A stretch of DNA of 38,544 bases. Source: a virus. Taxonomy: Duplodnaviria; Caudoviricetes. The stretch lies in IMG/VR virus record IMGVR_UViG_3300020045_015905, positions 1 through 38,544 of that record. One strand, 5' to 3'. The stretch's first letter is position 1. Every line of letters starts with the position of its first letter. Shown here piece by piece: positions 18,664 to 27,450 of the stretch. The translations under genes and the position numbers were made by a program. The notes beneath the pieces were generated by a model. The model had not been told where the DNA came from. It ran no database searches and saw nothing but the letters and a program-made list of their open reading frames with translations.

Positions 18664-19071
18664 TTATGCGTCTGAAGCTTCAACTTCACCGAGTTGACAA
18701 ACAACACGAATGATATCACCAGTTGAACCATTTTCAAGAGCTACACATCCGTAGCGTTCTCCAGCGGAGTCAGCAACTTCAGCGTCACCACTTGCAGTAG
18801 GTACAAGGAATTTACCAGCAGTTACTGCTTCGGCAAGTTTCACTTTACCAACTGAGCCTGGGAGCAAGATTGATCCAGTTTTTTCTCCAGCTGAACCGTC
18901 AACACCTTCCCACAAAATGAAGCAAGGGAGACTTTGATCAGTTGCAAGATTGACAACTCCGTCATCGGTAGCGTCAAAGTTTACGAAATAGTATTCTTTC
19001 CCAGAAAGATTTGTGTCAATTCTCACGGTCAACGTTACCGGAAGCATGATTTGACCTGTAGGATTAGCCAT
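18664..19071 (-). CDS. Head decoration / capsid cement protein (DUF2190-like)
   Basis: Between protease and capsid genes; G.ALE....GDIIRV motif. Confidence 0.75.
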   Translation of the reverse strand: MANPTGQIMLPVTLTVRIDTNLSGKEYYFVNFDATDDGVVNLATDQSLPCFILWEGVDGSAGEKTGSILLPGSVGKVKLAEAVTAGKFLVPTASGDAEVADSAGERYGCVALENGSTGDIIRVVCQLGEVEASDA

Positions 19072-19091
19072 ACAAAATTTGATTAAAATTA

Positions 19092-20279
19092 TTAAACTTT
19101 TGCTTCAGCTTTTTGAGCGTCAGCACTGATAACGATTGACAGAGCTTCGTGCAAAAGGATACCCTTCTCTTTTGCCATGAGCTCAGCTCTCATTTTTTGG
19201 TCTTTCAAGGCTTTTTCTTCATCATCACCTTCAGGGATTTGAGCCCCAACGTCGCCCTTTTCACCAAGCTCTACCCGCAAGATTTCAGCAAAGAGTGACA
19301 ATGCCACTTTTCTGTTTTCTTCGGACAGGCTCGCAAGAAAGTCAACGAGCTTTGATTTAGAATTGGCTTCTACGAAACCAGTTTTTTGTTTTTCTGAAAG
19401 CATGAACGGTGCCACATTTTTCTCAAGTTCATTGCGGAGTTTTTCTTGTTTCAAAGTGCGATTTTCTTCTTCGAGGGCGGTGATCTTCGCTTTTTCTGCC
19501 AATTGCATTTCTGAAAGTTGTTCACCTTCTTTGGCTTTTTCCTCAGTTTCTGCTTTTGCAGCAGCTTCGGCAGCAGCCGCTTCTTCCGCCGCTTTTGTTG
19601 CAGCAGCCTCTTCTTCTTCCTTTTTCTTTTTTGCGAGTTCTTCTTCGGTTGGTTCTGGTGCCTCAGGTTTTGCTTCTACTTCAGCACTACCAGCCTCAAC
19701 TTCGATTTTTTCTTCCTCTGAAGCTTCAGAGAGAAGCGCACGCATTGTTTCTTTTTCTTCTTTTGAAACGAATGGACGTGCTGTCAAAAGTTCAATAAAC
19801 TTTTTTAACATAAGTGTATTATTAAGTTCCTGTATTTCAGAGAGAGCAAGAGCCTTTTGACCTTTGAGGGCTGGGGTATTTGTCAAAGCGAGTCCAATGA
19901 ACACGTTTTGACAAATTTCTCCAGTCTCACAGTCAGGGTATTCCAGTGCCAACTCTGCAGAAACGAATTTAAATAATTTTTTTGTTATTTTTTCAGCTCC
20001 CATTTCGGTCCATTCGACCTCACAGAAGAGACTGTGACCATCCTTGTATAAATCTTTCACCCAGCCAGCAGCTTCACCACCACGGTTATGTTCGAGGTTC
20101 ACTTGAATCTCGGTGCCATAAACATTTGATTTGAAATTTGCTACATACATGTCAAGCATTTCATCGGTGATACGCCAGTCACGATCACGAATCACGCCCG
20201 TGCGTAAAACCTCGACCTGTGATTTTGTATCGCCTTCTTTCAATGAAACATCTGATAATGTGAAAACATTTTTCTTCAT
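19092..20279 (-). CDS. Mu-like prohead protease / scaffold (gpI/Z-like)
   Basis: VNLEH....AAGWV, VEWT, FKFVSAE, ALTNTPAL; acidic coiled-coil C-terminus. Confidence 0.92.
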   Translation of the reverse strand: MKKNVFTLSDVSLKEGDTKSQVEVLRTGVIRDRDWRITDEMLDMYVANFKSNVYGTEIQVNLEHNRGGEAAGWVKDLYKDGHSLFCEVEWTEMGAEKITKKLFKFVSAELALEYPDCETGEICQNVFIGLALTNTPALKGQKALALSEIQELNNTLMLKKFIELLTARPFVSKEEKETMRALLSEASEEEKIEVEAGSAEVEAKPEAPEPTEEELAKKKKEEEEAAATKAAEEAAAAEAAAKAETEEKAKEGEQLSEMQLAEKAKITALEEENRTLKQEKLRNELEKNVAPFMLSEKQKTGFVEANSKSKLVDFLASLSEENRKVALSLFAEILRVELGEKGDVGAQIPEGDDEEKALKDQKMRAELMAKEKGILLHEALSIVISADAQKAEAKV

Positions 20280-20296
20280 AAAACTTTTTTTTAAAT

Positions 20297-20345
20297 GAAA
20301 CCGCCCTGAGTTTGGCGGTTTCGCGTGGTGGCTCTCGAGGAGCTC
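20297..20345 (-). promoter_or_regulatory. Structured leader of the protease gene
   Basis: GCTC-ctcga-GAGC mini-hairpin, then a 9-bp stem GAAACCGCC-N8-GGCGGTTTC ending 17 nt before the ATG. Confidence 0.5.
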
Positions 20346-20394
20346 TTATACCAGATAAAGAATTTAAATTGTGTTTTTATTATACACTATTTTT

Positions 20395-20829
20395 TTATAA
20401 CACACCAGCGTCTTGCAAATCTTTTTTCTCAGCTGGGGATAAATTATATTTTTGACCAGCAACATAGATATGACCATTGTATCGTGCATTCAATTTTACT
20501 TCTGTCAAATTTGCTTCAGCAGCAGCGAGGTCAGCAGCTTCTTGTGCAAGACGTGCTTCTTCAGCGTCTGCCACAGCCTTGTCAGCCTCAGCTTGTTCAG
20601 CAGCAAGACGAGCGTCTTCTTCGACTTTCATTTCTTCTTCAGAAACAAAACTCACACTTCCGTCTTCTGATAAAACAGGGACTTCGCATTCGTTTGACAT
20701 AATAAGTTCAGCGAGTTGTGCCTTGTTTAATGTTTGATCTACTTCGGTAACACCGGCAGCTTCTAAAACTTGCACGAGTTCTTTTTTAGTAAGTGCTTCA
20801 ACAGCAACTTGTTTGTATGTTTGTGCCAT
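20395..20829 (-). CDS. Hypothetical protein with an N-terminal HeH/Rho-N-like motif, acidic linker and small C-terminal domain
   Basis: LTKKELVQVLEAAGV......NKAQLAELI; C-terminal YNGHIYVAGQ motif. Confidence 0.65.
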   Translation of the reverse strand: MAQTYKQVAVEALTKKELVQVLEAAGVTEVDQTLNKAQLAELIMSNECEVPVLSEDGSVSFVSEEEMKVEEDARLAAEQAEADKAVADAEEARLAQEAADLAAAEANLTEVKLNARYNGHIYVAGQKYNLSPAEKKDLQDAGVL

Positions 20830-20861
20830 AGGATTGATTTAAATATGAAACGGTGAATAAA

Positions 20862-21059
20862 TTATATATTATTTTGATTGATTTGTATACTACGAATGTT
20901 TTTATTTATATCTTGTGAAACAAGTCGACCTTTCACAAATTTCAACAGATTCAATGAACGACACTTTGAGCAAGCAACCTCAATTTTTCCCTCATAAACA
21001 TATCCAATAAACAAAAGCCTTGGACAACCTGGACGATTACATCGGAATTTTTCATCCAT
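20862..21059 (-). CDS. Mu Com-like zinc-finger regulator
   Basis: FRC...GC.RLLF......KIEV.C.KC...N pattern, in the usual place between MuF and protease genes. Confidence 0.8.
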   Translation of the reverse strand: MDEKFRCNRPGCPRLLFIGYVYEGKIEVACSKCRSLNLLKFVKGRLVSQDINKNIRSIQINQNNI

Positions 21060-21062
21060 ATT

Positions 21063-22568
21063 TTATGATTTCTTTTTAAGTCGTTTTTCAATCTCGGCTT
21101 GAGCCTCTGGATTTTCTTTTGTATTTATTGGACGTTTGATTTGTTTAAAATCATTCGCAAGTGGTCGGCCGTCAACAGAATTAAATGATCCACGAATTAC
21201 TTTCGGAATGCCCACGGCAGAATCTTCAGGTTGGTCTTCTTCTGAAAAAATTGGTACCCATGTACCACGGCAAAATGAGTGGACAATTTCAAGTTGAGCA
21301 AAAGGGTCATCTGCTTTGACAATTCTTTTGTCGAGCGAAAGGCATGTATTGCATGTGCGCGTATCGAGCACCTCAGAACGTTGAAAGTGGGTGATTTTCA
21401 TGATGTTATCATAAAACACTTGCTTTCTCCCACGGTTCACATACTGAGCCGGGACGATACCAGAGGCGTTTGATATCATTTTGCCTGCGGTACGGGTCAA
21501 AGTCGCAAACAAGGCAGCTTTTGCCACATTGGCAGTGGCCCCAGTAGCGACGGAGTTCCGGGCCATACTCTTGCCCTCATTCTCCATTTCTTGAACAAAA
21601 ACCTCGGCTAATTGGTCAGTTTCGGCAGCACGGATTTGATTACTGATTTTTTTGGTAGCCGGAGCCGGCACGTCAGCTTCCTTTGATGCCCCATTTTTAC
21701 CAATCTCATAGGCTTTCTTGGCAGTGTCATTGAAAGCGTTTTTGTAGTCTTGTTGACCACCAAATACAGTGGACTCAATGAGTGGAATGTCCTTGGTTTC
21801 AATCGCCCGGCCGAGTCTCTTCACGATTGCCTCAATTTGGATAAGCGTCAGAGCGATTAAAAGGGCCTCTAATTCCTTTTCTAGGTCGTTCATGTCACTA
21901 TTTACCTTTTCGGGGTCCATTCGCTCCTCCTGCAACGTCAGGGCACGCCAGGGCTTATATACACGTTCACCGAGAGCCTCAAAATGAGAGGATTCAGAGA
22001 AATCAAATGAGGTTTTGGAGATTTTATCGGTTTTGCCCTTTTCTGAGATTATCCCATCGGCTTTTTTCTTGAGCTCATCCTGGCGAGAGTACATATCATC
22101 CACGCGCGCGAGGGTGTCTTTTATTCTCTGTTTTGCCTCAGGAGTTTTTGCCTTGGCGAGACGTTCATTGATACTTTGTTTGATTTGATCAAGTTTTTTG
22201 GTACGGAGTTTTGTTTTCTCTATTACGAGCTCGGCCTGTTTCACACGCTTCTGAGCTTTTGCATTGTCAACGATTGCTTGACGGGCCGCAGCTTCGGCTT
22301 TCATCTTGTCACGCAGAGCATTGATTTGCTTGTTGATTTTGGCACGTTGGCCTTTGGTGCCTTTCTTTCTACCGAGGGATTTATTCGCAGCCAAAAGATT
22401 TTCAATCTCGGCTTTCATTTCAATACTCTTGGCACGACTCTCATTGTATGATTTAAAAAGTTTTTGTGCTTCAGGTGAACGTTTAACAATATCAGTGCCG
22501 TCTTTTTTCAAGGCCTCTGATATTTTCTTTTTTGTTTCTTCGGATTGAGCGTGGCCTTTGTCTGGCAT
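21063..22568 (-). CDS. MuF-like minor head protein with a long basic N-terminal extension
   Basis: C-terminal LDTRTCNTCLSLD...HSFCRG; N-terminal NUMOD3-like HAQSEETKKKISEALK plus a basic coiled coil. Confidence 0.85.
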   Translation of the reverse strand: MPDKGHAQSEETKKKISEALKKDGTDIVKRSPEAQKLFKSYNESRAKSIEMKAEIENLLAANKSLGRKKGTKGQRAKINKQINALRDKMKAEAAARQAIVDNAKAQKRVKQAELVIEKTKLRTKKLDQIKQSINERLAKAKTPEAKQRIKDTLARVDDMYSRQDELKKKADGIISEKGKTDKISKTSFDFSESSHFEALGERVYKPWRALTLQEERMDPEKVNSDMNDLEKELEALLIALTLIQIEAIVKRLGRAIETKDIPLIESTVFGGQQDYKNAFNDTAKKAYEIGKNGASKEADVPAPATKKISNQIRAAETDQLAEVFVQEMENEGKSMARNSVATGATANVAKAALFATLTRTAGKMISNASGIVPAQYVNRGRKQVFYDNIMKITHFQRSEVLDTRTCNTCLSLDKRIVKADDPFAQLEIVHSFCRGTWVPIFSEEDQPEDSAVGIPKVIRGSFNSVDGRPLANDFKQIKRPINTKENPEAQAEIEKRLKKKS

Positions 22569-22577
22569 AGAGGTTTT

Positions 22578-23966
22578 TTATTCTTGATTATCTGCTCCTT
22601 GTGTTGGGTCAGCGTTTGGGTCTGCCTCAGGTGGAGTTGGTGTCTCAGGCAAATCTCCTGGGATTGGAATTTCAGGCTGGTCAGTGAAACTCATATCGTC
22701 ACTTTGTATTTCACTGTCCATTTCATTCAATTCATTTTCAAGTTCTTCATCAGCAACCTCATCATCAGACATACCAGGAAGTTTGAAAATACTTCGAGTA
22801 AATTGTTTCATTTTTGGATCCACTTCAATGAGTCCGGCGTCGGTCAAAGTTTTCATGGTCGTGGACATTTCGGCAAAATCGATATCGCCAAGAGGAGCAA
22901 AACAAAGTTTTGGAACTTCAGCATTATCTCCAAAATTATATCGAACCAATTTTTTAATTACCTGCTCAGTAACTTGTTCAGCAAAATACATGGCCTTGTC
23001 TTCAACGTGTTTCAAGAAGAAAGATGATTGGTCTTTTGAAAGTGCAAAAGAACCTGAGGCCGAATCGGTCCCAAGTCCCAAGAAATTTGCCAATACGGCA
23101 GACAAAATCATTTTGTTGTGGTGAGCAATACTTGACTCAATCGCAGCACCTTGTGGGTTTCCATTTGGCACGAGAATTGAGGCCTCGAAGCCATGTGGCA
23201 AAACCATGAACCCTTTTTCATTCGTACGGATTTCACTCGCGAGCTCTTCGGCTTTTTCTTTGTCTGCTTCACCGAACTCTTCAGGCATGGTAATCACTGG
23301 CACACCAGCCCCATAGCGTTCAGCAGCAATGCCTTGAAAACGATAGAGCAAATCTTTATATTTGTAGTGTTTCCACGCAGCACGTAAAACAGATTGCCCG
23401 GTAATATCGTCACCCTCTTTGTCATTAGTAAACACAAGAAGTTTATCCTTTGGAATATCAGCAATCGCACCAGCAGCGTCACCATTACGAAGTCTCTGAA
23501 GAACACCCGGCTCACCAGATGACATTTCCCAGCGTTCGATTGAGGCTTGAATACGAGGAGCCAAATCTTTTAAACAAATTCTTCCTTCACGAACTTCATA
23601 AATAACTTCAAACACGGCAAAACCAAAATCAAGAAAAGTAAATCCTTCACGGAGAAAGTCAAGCCAACATCGCTCCATTTTAAAAAGATTGTCTTTGACA
23701 AAATCCACGATTTCATCATTCTCACCTTCTACTTGCCATTTCGTAGAAAGGATTGGAGCCTTGAGTGCATTGAGCACGCCCTTGACAGACGCGTCAGAGC
23801 GGCGCATTTCTTCTACATTTTGAATACGACGTGAATCACGCCATTCAAAGTTTGGTTCTTCGAGGAAATACCCACGAAATCGCTCAGTACCAGAATCCCC
23901 AAATATTGTTATGAGTTGATCACGCACTGCTTCAAATGCGCTCCCCGAAGTTTTTGTTTTAGGCAT
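22578..23966 (-). CDS. Portal protein (Mu gp29 / DUF935-like)
   Basis: EEMRRSDASV, GFAVFEV.Y, GQSVLRAAW, ERYGAGVP, GSFALS motifs. Confidence 0.92.
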   Translation of the reverse strand: MPKTKTSGSAFEAVRDQLITIFGDSGTERFRGYFLEEPNFEWRDSRRIQNVEEMRRSDASVKGVLNALKAPILSTKWQVEGENDEIVDFVKDNLFKMERCWLDFLREGFTFLDFGFAVFEVIYEVREGRICLKDLAPRIQASIERWEMSSGEPGVLQRLRNGDAAGAIADIPKDKLLVFTNDKEGDDITGQSVLRAAWKHYKYKDLLYRFQGIAAERYGAGVPVITMPEEFGEADKEKAEELASEIRTNEKGFMVLPHGFEASILVPNGNPQGAAIESSIAHHNKMILSAVLANFLGLGTDSASGSFALSKDQSSFFLKHVEDKAMYFAEQVTEQVIKKLVRYNFGDNAEVPKLCFAPLGDIDFAEMSTTMKTLTDAGLIEVDPKMKQFTRSIFKLPGMSDDEVADEELENELNEMDSEIQSDDMSFTDQPEIPIPGDLPETPTPPEADPNADPTQGADNQE

Positions 23967-23969
23967 ATA

Positions 23970-25556
23970 TTAAAATTGAGTTTTGAGAAGATCACGTGTT
24001 GAAAGTTGGTTTGCAATAATTCTTCTAGGATCTGATTTATATTTATTACCAACAGTATACACTTTTTTCGGAGTTTCATCAATTTCAACAAAACCTGTTT
24101 TATATGAAAGTTCAAGTGCACCACAAAAACTATCCGCACGGTCATCATGGTCAATTACATTTGTGCCAAGGAAAAGAATTTGCTCGCGCAATTTACTCAT
24201 GCCATGACGGATATGAATTTCTCCACGTTCCATTGCACCCTCGTGCATTTGCAAACGCCCAACTTTATCAAATCCTTTTGTCGAGCCTGATTTATTTGGT
24301 GCATGAGCAACAAGTGGAATGTTTCGATTATCATTATCAACACCCTCAAAATCTATTTTCCCATTCTTCCAATCCCGGACATACTGAAACACGGCGGTTT
24401 GATTCATCACTTTTTCAATTCCAGCCCGGAGCGTCTCAGGGTGACGTTGCCAGCATAGGACAAATAGACGAGCCTGCTCAAGTTGACTTTCACGCCCAGC
24501 AATCTGCTCTATGATGTAGCGATGTTTATCCTTGAGTTCCCACGCGCATACGGTGATAGCAAATTCATCAGATAAGGCACTTTCCCCAGCTTGAGGGTCG
24601 ATATGAATGGATTTTCTCAGGTGCACAAACTTTGGATCTACCGTGAAAGTATTGTTGTCGATAAATTCAGGCTTCAAATTGGCGAGTTCCTCATTGGTTG
24701 GGGTATTCATGTATTCCTGCATAAACGCGCGCGTACCAACTTTTGTTTTCTGTGCCTGCAAGTCCTCAATACTCCACATATCAGGCCAGATTGAAATACT
24801 GTCCTCGGTGAGTTTCCCGTCTTCTGTGGCCATACGAAAAATACCACCGTGCTGGTTGTAGAAAGCAAGCACCTCGCACATTTCATGGAGCACTGTACCA
24901 ATCATTTTGATTTTACCACGTGTTTTATCCTTACTTGGGTAAATAACGTTGTAGAGCCAGAATTTGAGCTTTGCACGACGCTCAGAAGAGCGGACCATTT
25001 CGTCATCCTCGACGTCATCGATAATAATCTTGGTCGGGCGTTGGTTCTTAATGTTCACACCACGGCCTTTGTTCGCACCACGAGCAACAACATTGATCCC
25101 ATTGCTGGTCTCAAAGTGTTTGTTGGTCCATTTTTTACTTTCCTTTGAATCGAGAGGCACGAGGTCGCCGAACACCGCACGGAGACGCTGATTATTTTCA
25201 AGCTCGACTTTCATACTCTCAAGGTGAAAGCCTGCGTCTGTCAAATTATTACTGATATACAAAATAACAGGCTCCAAGGCATATACAATGTCATGAAGCG
25301 TGTCGATTTTCTCCCAGGTACTTTTTGCGAAGCCACGAGGGAAGACAATCCCTGAATCTCCCGGCTTTGAAATCTCAGCAATGAGCTCCTTGTGGCATTG
25401 TGGAACCTCACTCGTTCCACGGATAATGTGAGGGAAAAAGTATTTGCCGAATATGTGGAGATTTTCTTTGTATTGCAGAGTACGAAAAATCCAAGCCCGT
25501 TGTGCTGGCTTGGACACTTTCTTTAAATCTTCTTTCCATTGCTTGAATGTTGCCAT
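23970..25556 (-). CDS. terL: Terminase large subunit
   Basis: Walker A PRGFAKST, Walker B IIIDDVE, IGT coupling motif, F.QEYMN.P, nuclease IDP and HDDRADS. Confidence 0.95.
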   Translation of the reverse strand: MATFKQWKEDLKKVSKPAQRAWIFRTLQYKENLHIFGKYFFPHIIRGTSEVPQCHKELIAEISKPGDSGIVFPRGFAKSTWEKIDTLHDIVYALEPVILYISNNLTDAGFHLESMKVELENNQRLRAVFGDLVPLDSKESKKWTNKHFETSNGINVVARGANKGRGVNIKNQRPTKIIIDDVEDDEMVRSSERRAKLKFWLYNVIYPSKDKTRGKIKMIGTVLHEMCEVLAFYNQHGGIFRMATEDGKLTEDSISIWPDMWSIEDLQAQKTKVGTRAFMQEYMNTPTNEELANLKPEFIDNNTFTVDPKFVHLRKSIHIDPQAGESALSDEFAITVCAWELKDKHRYIIEQIAGRESQLEQARLFVLCWQRHPETLRAGIEKVMNQTAVFQYVRDWKNGKIDFEGVDNDNRNIPLVAHAPNKSGSTKGFDKVGRLQMHEGAMERGEIHIRHGMSKLREQILFLGTNVIDHDDRADSFCGALELSYKTGFVEIDETPKKVYTVGNKYKSDPRRIIANQLSTRDLLKTQF

Positions 25557-25565
25557 ATACCAAAA

Positions 25566-25946
25566 TTATTGTTTTGGTTCATATCCAATAGCAAGTTCAT
25601 CCTCATCAGCAGTGAAATCGAAATCAGGCGTATCAGTTGGGACCATTTCCGCACGGGTAGAAAACTCCTTGCGTTCCTGTATGTTTCTTTCAAGCCACCA
25701 TTTACTGTCTTCTTGGCTTCCTTGCTTGATTCCTTTCATCACATTCTCTCTTGCCTTAGCACCAATTTGCCCTTGCCAGGAACGTATTTTCAGACGAAGC
25801 TCATCATCAGTCATTAGCCAAGTTTTTAAAGTAGATGATGGAAACCCTGCTAGTTCACAAGCTCTATTCACAGTATATCCCAACTGAAAATATGGCTTTA
25901 GAGCTTCGACGACTTTCTCTTTCTCCCATTCTTTTCCTTGTGCCAT
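25566..25946 (-). CDS. terS: Terminase small subunit
   Basis: HTH LGYTVNRACELAGFPSSTLKTW, KWWLER; immediately upstream of terL. Confidence 0.8.
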   Translation of the reverse strand: MAQGKEWEKEKVVEALKPYFQLGYTVNRACELAGFPSSTLKTWLMTDDELRLKIRSWQGQIGAKARENVMKGIKQGSQEDSKWWLERNIQERKEFSTRAEMVPTDTPDFDFTADEDELAIGYEPKQ

Positions 25947-25957
25947 ATGATTATTTT

Positions 25958-26104
25958 TTACGAATGATAAATAAAGTGAAATATTCCCCAGCCAAAGAGT
26001 AAAACATATTCATCTTCTGCAAGGTCATGAACGAGATCCATATAGGGAAGGAAACTGAATCCGTCAAATTGACTTTGCATTTCTTTATTCCTGTGGAGTG
26101 GCAT
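25958..26104 (-). CDS. Hypothetical 48-aa protein
   Basis: Translated by hand (MPLHRNKEMQSQFDGFSFLPY...); fills the gap before terS. Confidence 0.4.
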   Translation of the reverse strand: MPLHRNKEMQSQFDGFSFLPYMDLVHDLAEDEYVLLFGWGIFHFIYHS

Positions 26105-26318
26105 AGGTTCCATTGATTAGATCTTCTTTGGTGAGTTTTTTCTTATCTTCTCCTTGGGTGGTTTTCATGAACTTGATGTGTTTGCAGTCCACCGGGAAGT
26201 GTTTAGCGGCCATACAGGTGCATGACCATTGTTTTGTTTCTATGTCCTGAGAGAGTTCGTATTGTTGATTTGGGTTTGACTCTGATTCAACAAGGGCTGA
26301 GGTGATTTTAAATTTCAT
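26085..26318 (-). CDS. SWIM zinc-finger protein
   Basis: VESES.P...Y......WSCTC.......CKHI; start set at MKFKI. Confidence 0.8.
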   Translation of the reverse strand: MKFKITSALVESESNPNQQYELSQDIETKQWSCTCMAAKHFPVDCKHIKFMKTTQGEDKKKLTKEDLINGTYATPQE

Positions 26319-27309
26319 AGAGCTTATTAAAAATATATTGTACCACATTTACAGTGACAGCGTTCCCAAGGCATTTATATCGTTGGGTGTCACTCAATCC
26401 TTCTGTCCAATTATCTGGGAAGCCTTGCAATCGTTCGCATTCTTTTGGGGTCAGGCGACGGATCCGAGAGTTTTGCATTATTCCTCCCGTGTTTACCGTA
26501 TCAACCGTGAAAGAATATTCTCCTTGGAAGTTTTTTTGATTTCTGTCTAAAAATTTTAGAGGAACTGCATACAATCCAGTTTTTGCCCCAGCTCCTCCGC
26601 CAAGAGAGGAAAGAGTTATCGCAAGACCGTCTGGGTTATACACTCTCATTCCTTGAGCTCCTCCAATTATTTGCTTGATGTAGGTGCCGTCCGCGTCCAT
26701 TGAACCTTTTGCTCTTAAAGTTCCACTATATTTGGCTTGTGGCCGTCTTTCTTTTGATTCATTCTCTCCACAAGATAATTGGTCATTTTCTCTGAGAGGA
26801 AATACCTCTGGTCTGGGTTGTCCTCTAAGATGTCCGATAATGAACACTCTTTCCCTATTTTGGGGGACGCCGAAATTCTTGCTGTTAAGCACTTGCCATT
26901 GGAGGTCATACCCCAATTCATCAAGCGTGGAGATGATGGTTTTGAAAGTTCTTCCATTCTCATGAGATAAAAGCCCTTTGACGTTTTCCAGTAGAAACAA
27001 TTTTGGTTTTCTATCAGAGAGTATCCTTGCGATTTCAAAAAATAAAGTCCCTCGGGTGTCATCAAATCCTTTACGTTTTCCAGCGATACTGAACGCTTGG
27101 CATGGGAATCCTCCAACAAGGACATCGAAGTCTGGAAGATCGCTGGTGGCAATTTTGGTGATGTCTCCATAATTTTTGTGCGTTGGAAAATGTTTTTGAT
27201 AAACTTGAATAGCATATTTATTTATTTCTGAGTAACCTACGCATTCACCAAAAGAATCAATACCTTGTTCAAAGCCACCAATCCCAGAAAATACAGAAAA
27301 GTACTTCAT
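26308..27309 (-). CDS. dcm: DNA (cytosine-5) methyltransferase
   Basis: FSGIGG (I), GFPCQ (IV), ENVKG (VI), QNRERVF (VIII), RRLTPKECERLQGFP (IX), GNAV (X). Confidence 0.95.
   Translation of the reverse strand: MKYFSVFSGIGGFEQGIDSFGECVGYSEINKYAIQVYQKHFPTHKNYGDITKIATSDLPDFDVLVGGFPCQAFSIAGKRKGFDDTRGTLFFEIARILSDRKPKLFLLENVKGLLSHENGRTFKTIISTLDELGYDLQWQVLNSKNFGVPQNRERVFIIGHLRGQPRPEVFPLRENDQLSCGENESKERRPQAKYSGTLRAKGSMDADGTYIKQIIGGAQGMRVYNPDGLAITLSSLGGGAGAKTGLYAVPLKFLDRNQKNFQGEYSFTVDTVNTGGIMQNSRIRRLTPKECERLQGFPDNWTEGLSDTQRYKCLGNAVTVNVVQYIFNKLYEI
26715..27170 (-). CDS. Nested out-of-frame beta-type polypeptide of the C5 methyltransferase (M.EcoHK31I-beta-like)
   Basis: Stop-free alternative frame wholly inside dcm with S.EDSHAK, WKTS, WGMTSNG and ECSLSDILED...RYFLS; start could be 27170 or 27215. 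Confidence 0.7.
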   Translation of the reverse strand: METSPKLPPAIFQTSMSLLEDSHAKRSVSLENVKDLMTPEGLYFLKSQGYSLIENQNCFYWKTSKGFYLMRMEELSKPSSPRLMNWGMTSNGKCLTARISASPKIGKECSLSDILEDNPDQRYFLSEKMTNYLVERMNQKKDGHKPNIVEL

Positions 27310-27449
27310 AAAGGTTTTTGGTTAGCTTTTTTCGCTTGATTTTCTTTCTGGTGAAAGAAGCAGACAGCACGGAGGCGTTGATTCCCGGATTTATTTCTCC
27401 CACGAGATTGACGGTTTCTTGTACACCCTTCTACTTTGCAAATTGGCAT
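27306..27449 (-). CDS. Small Cys/His zinc-binding protein
   Basis: MPICKVEGC...CFFH; starts 1 nt after the upstream stop, ATGA overlap with dcm. Confidence 0.6.
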   Translation of the reverse strand: MPICKVEGCTRNRQSRGRNKSGNQRLRAVCFFHQKENQAKKANQKPL

Positions 27450-27450
27450 A

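Noticed and set aside
19092-23966. Transposable Mu-like phage
   Set aside because: The head module is Mu-like, but there is no MuA/MuB; replication genes are initiator plus DnaB.
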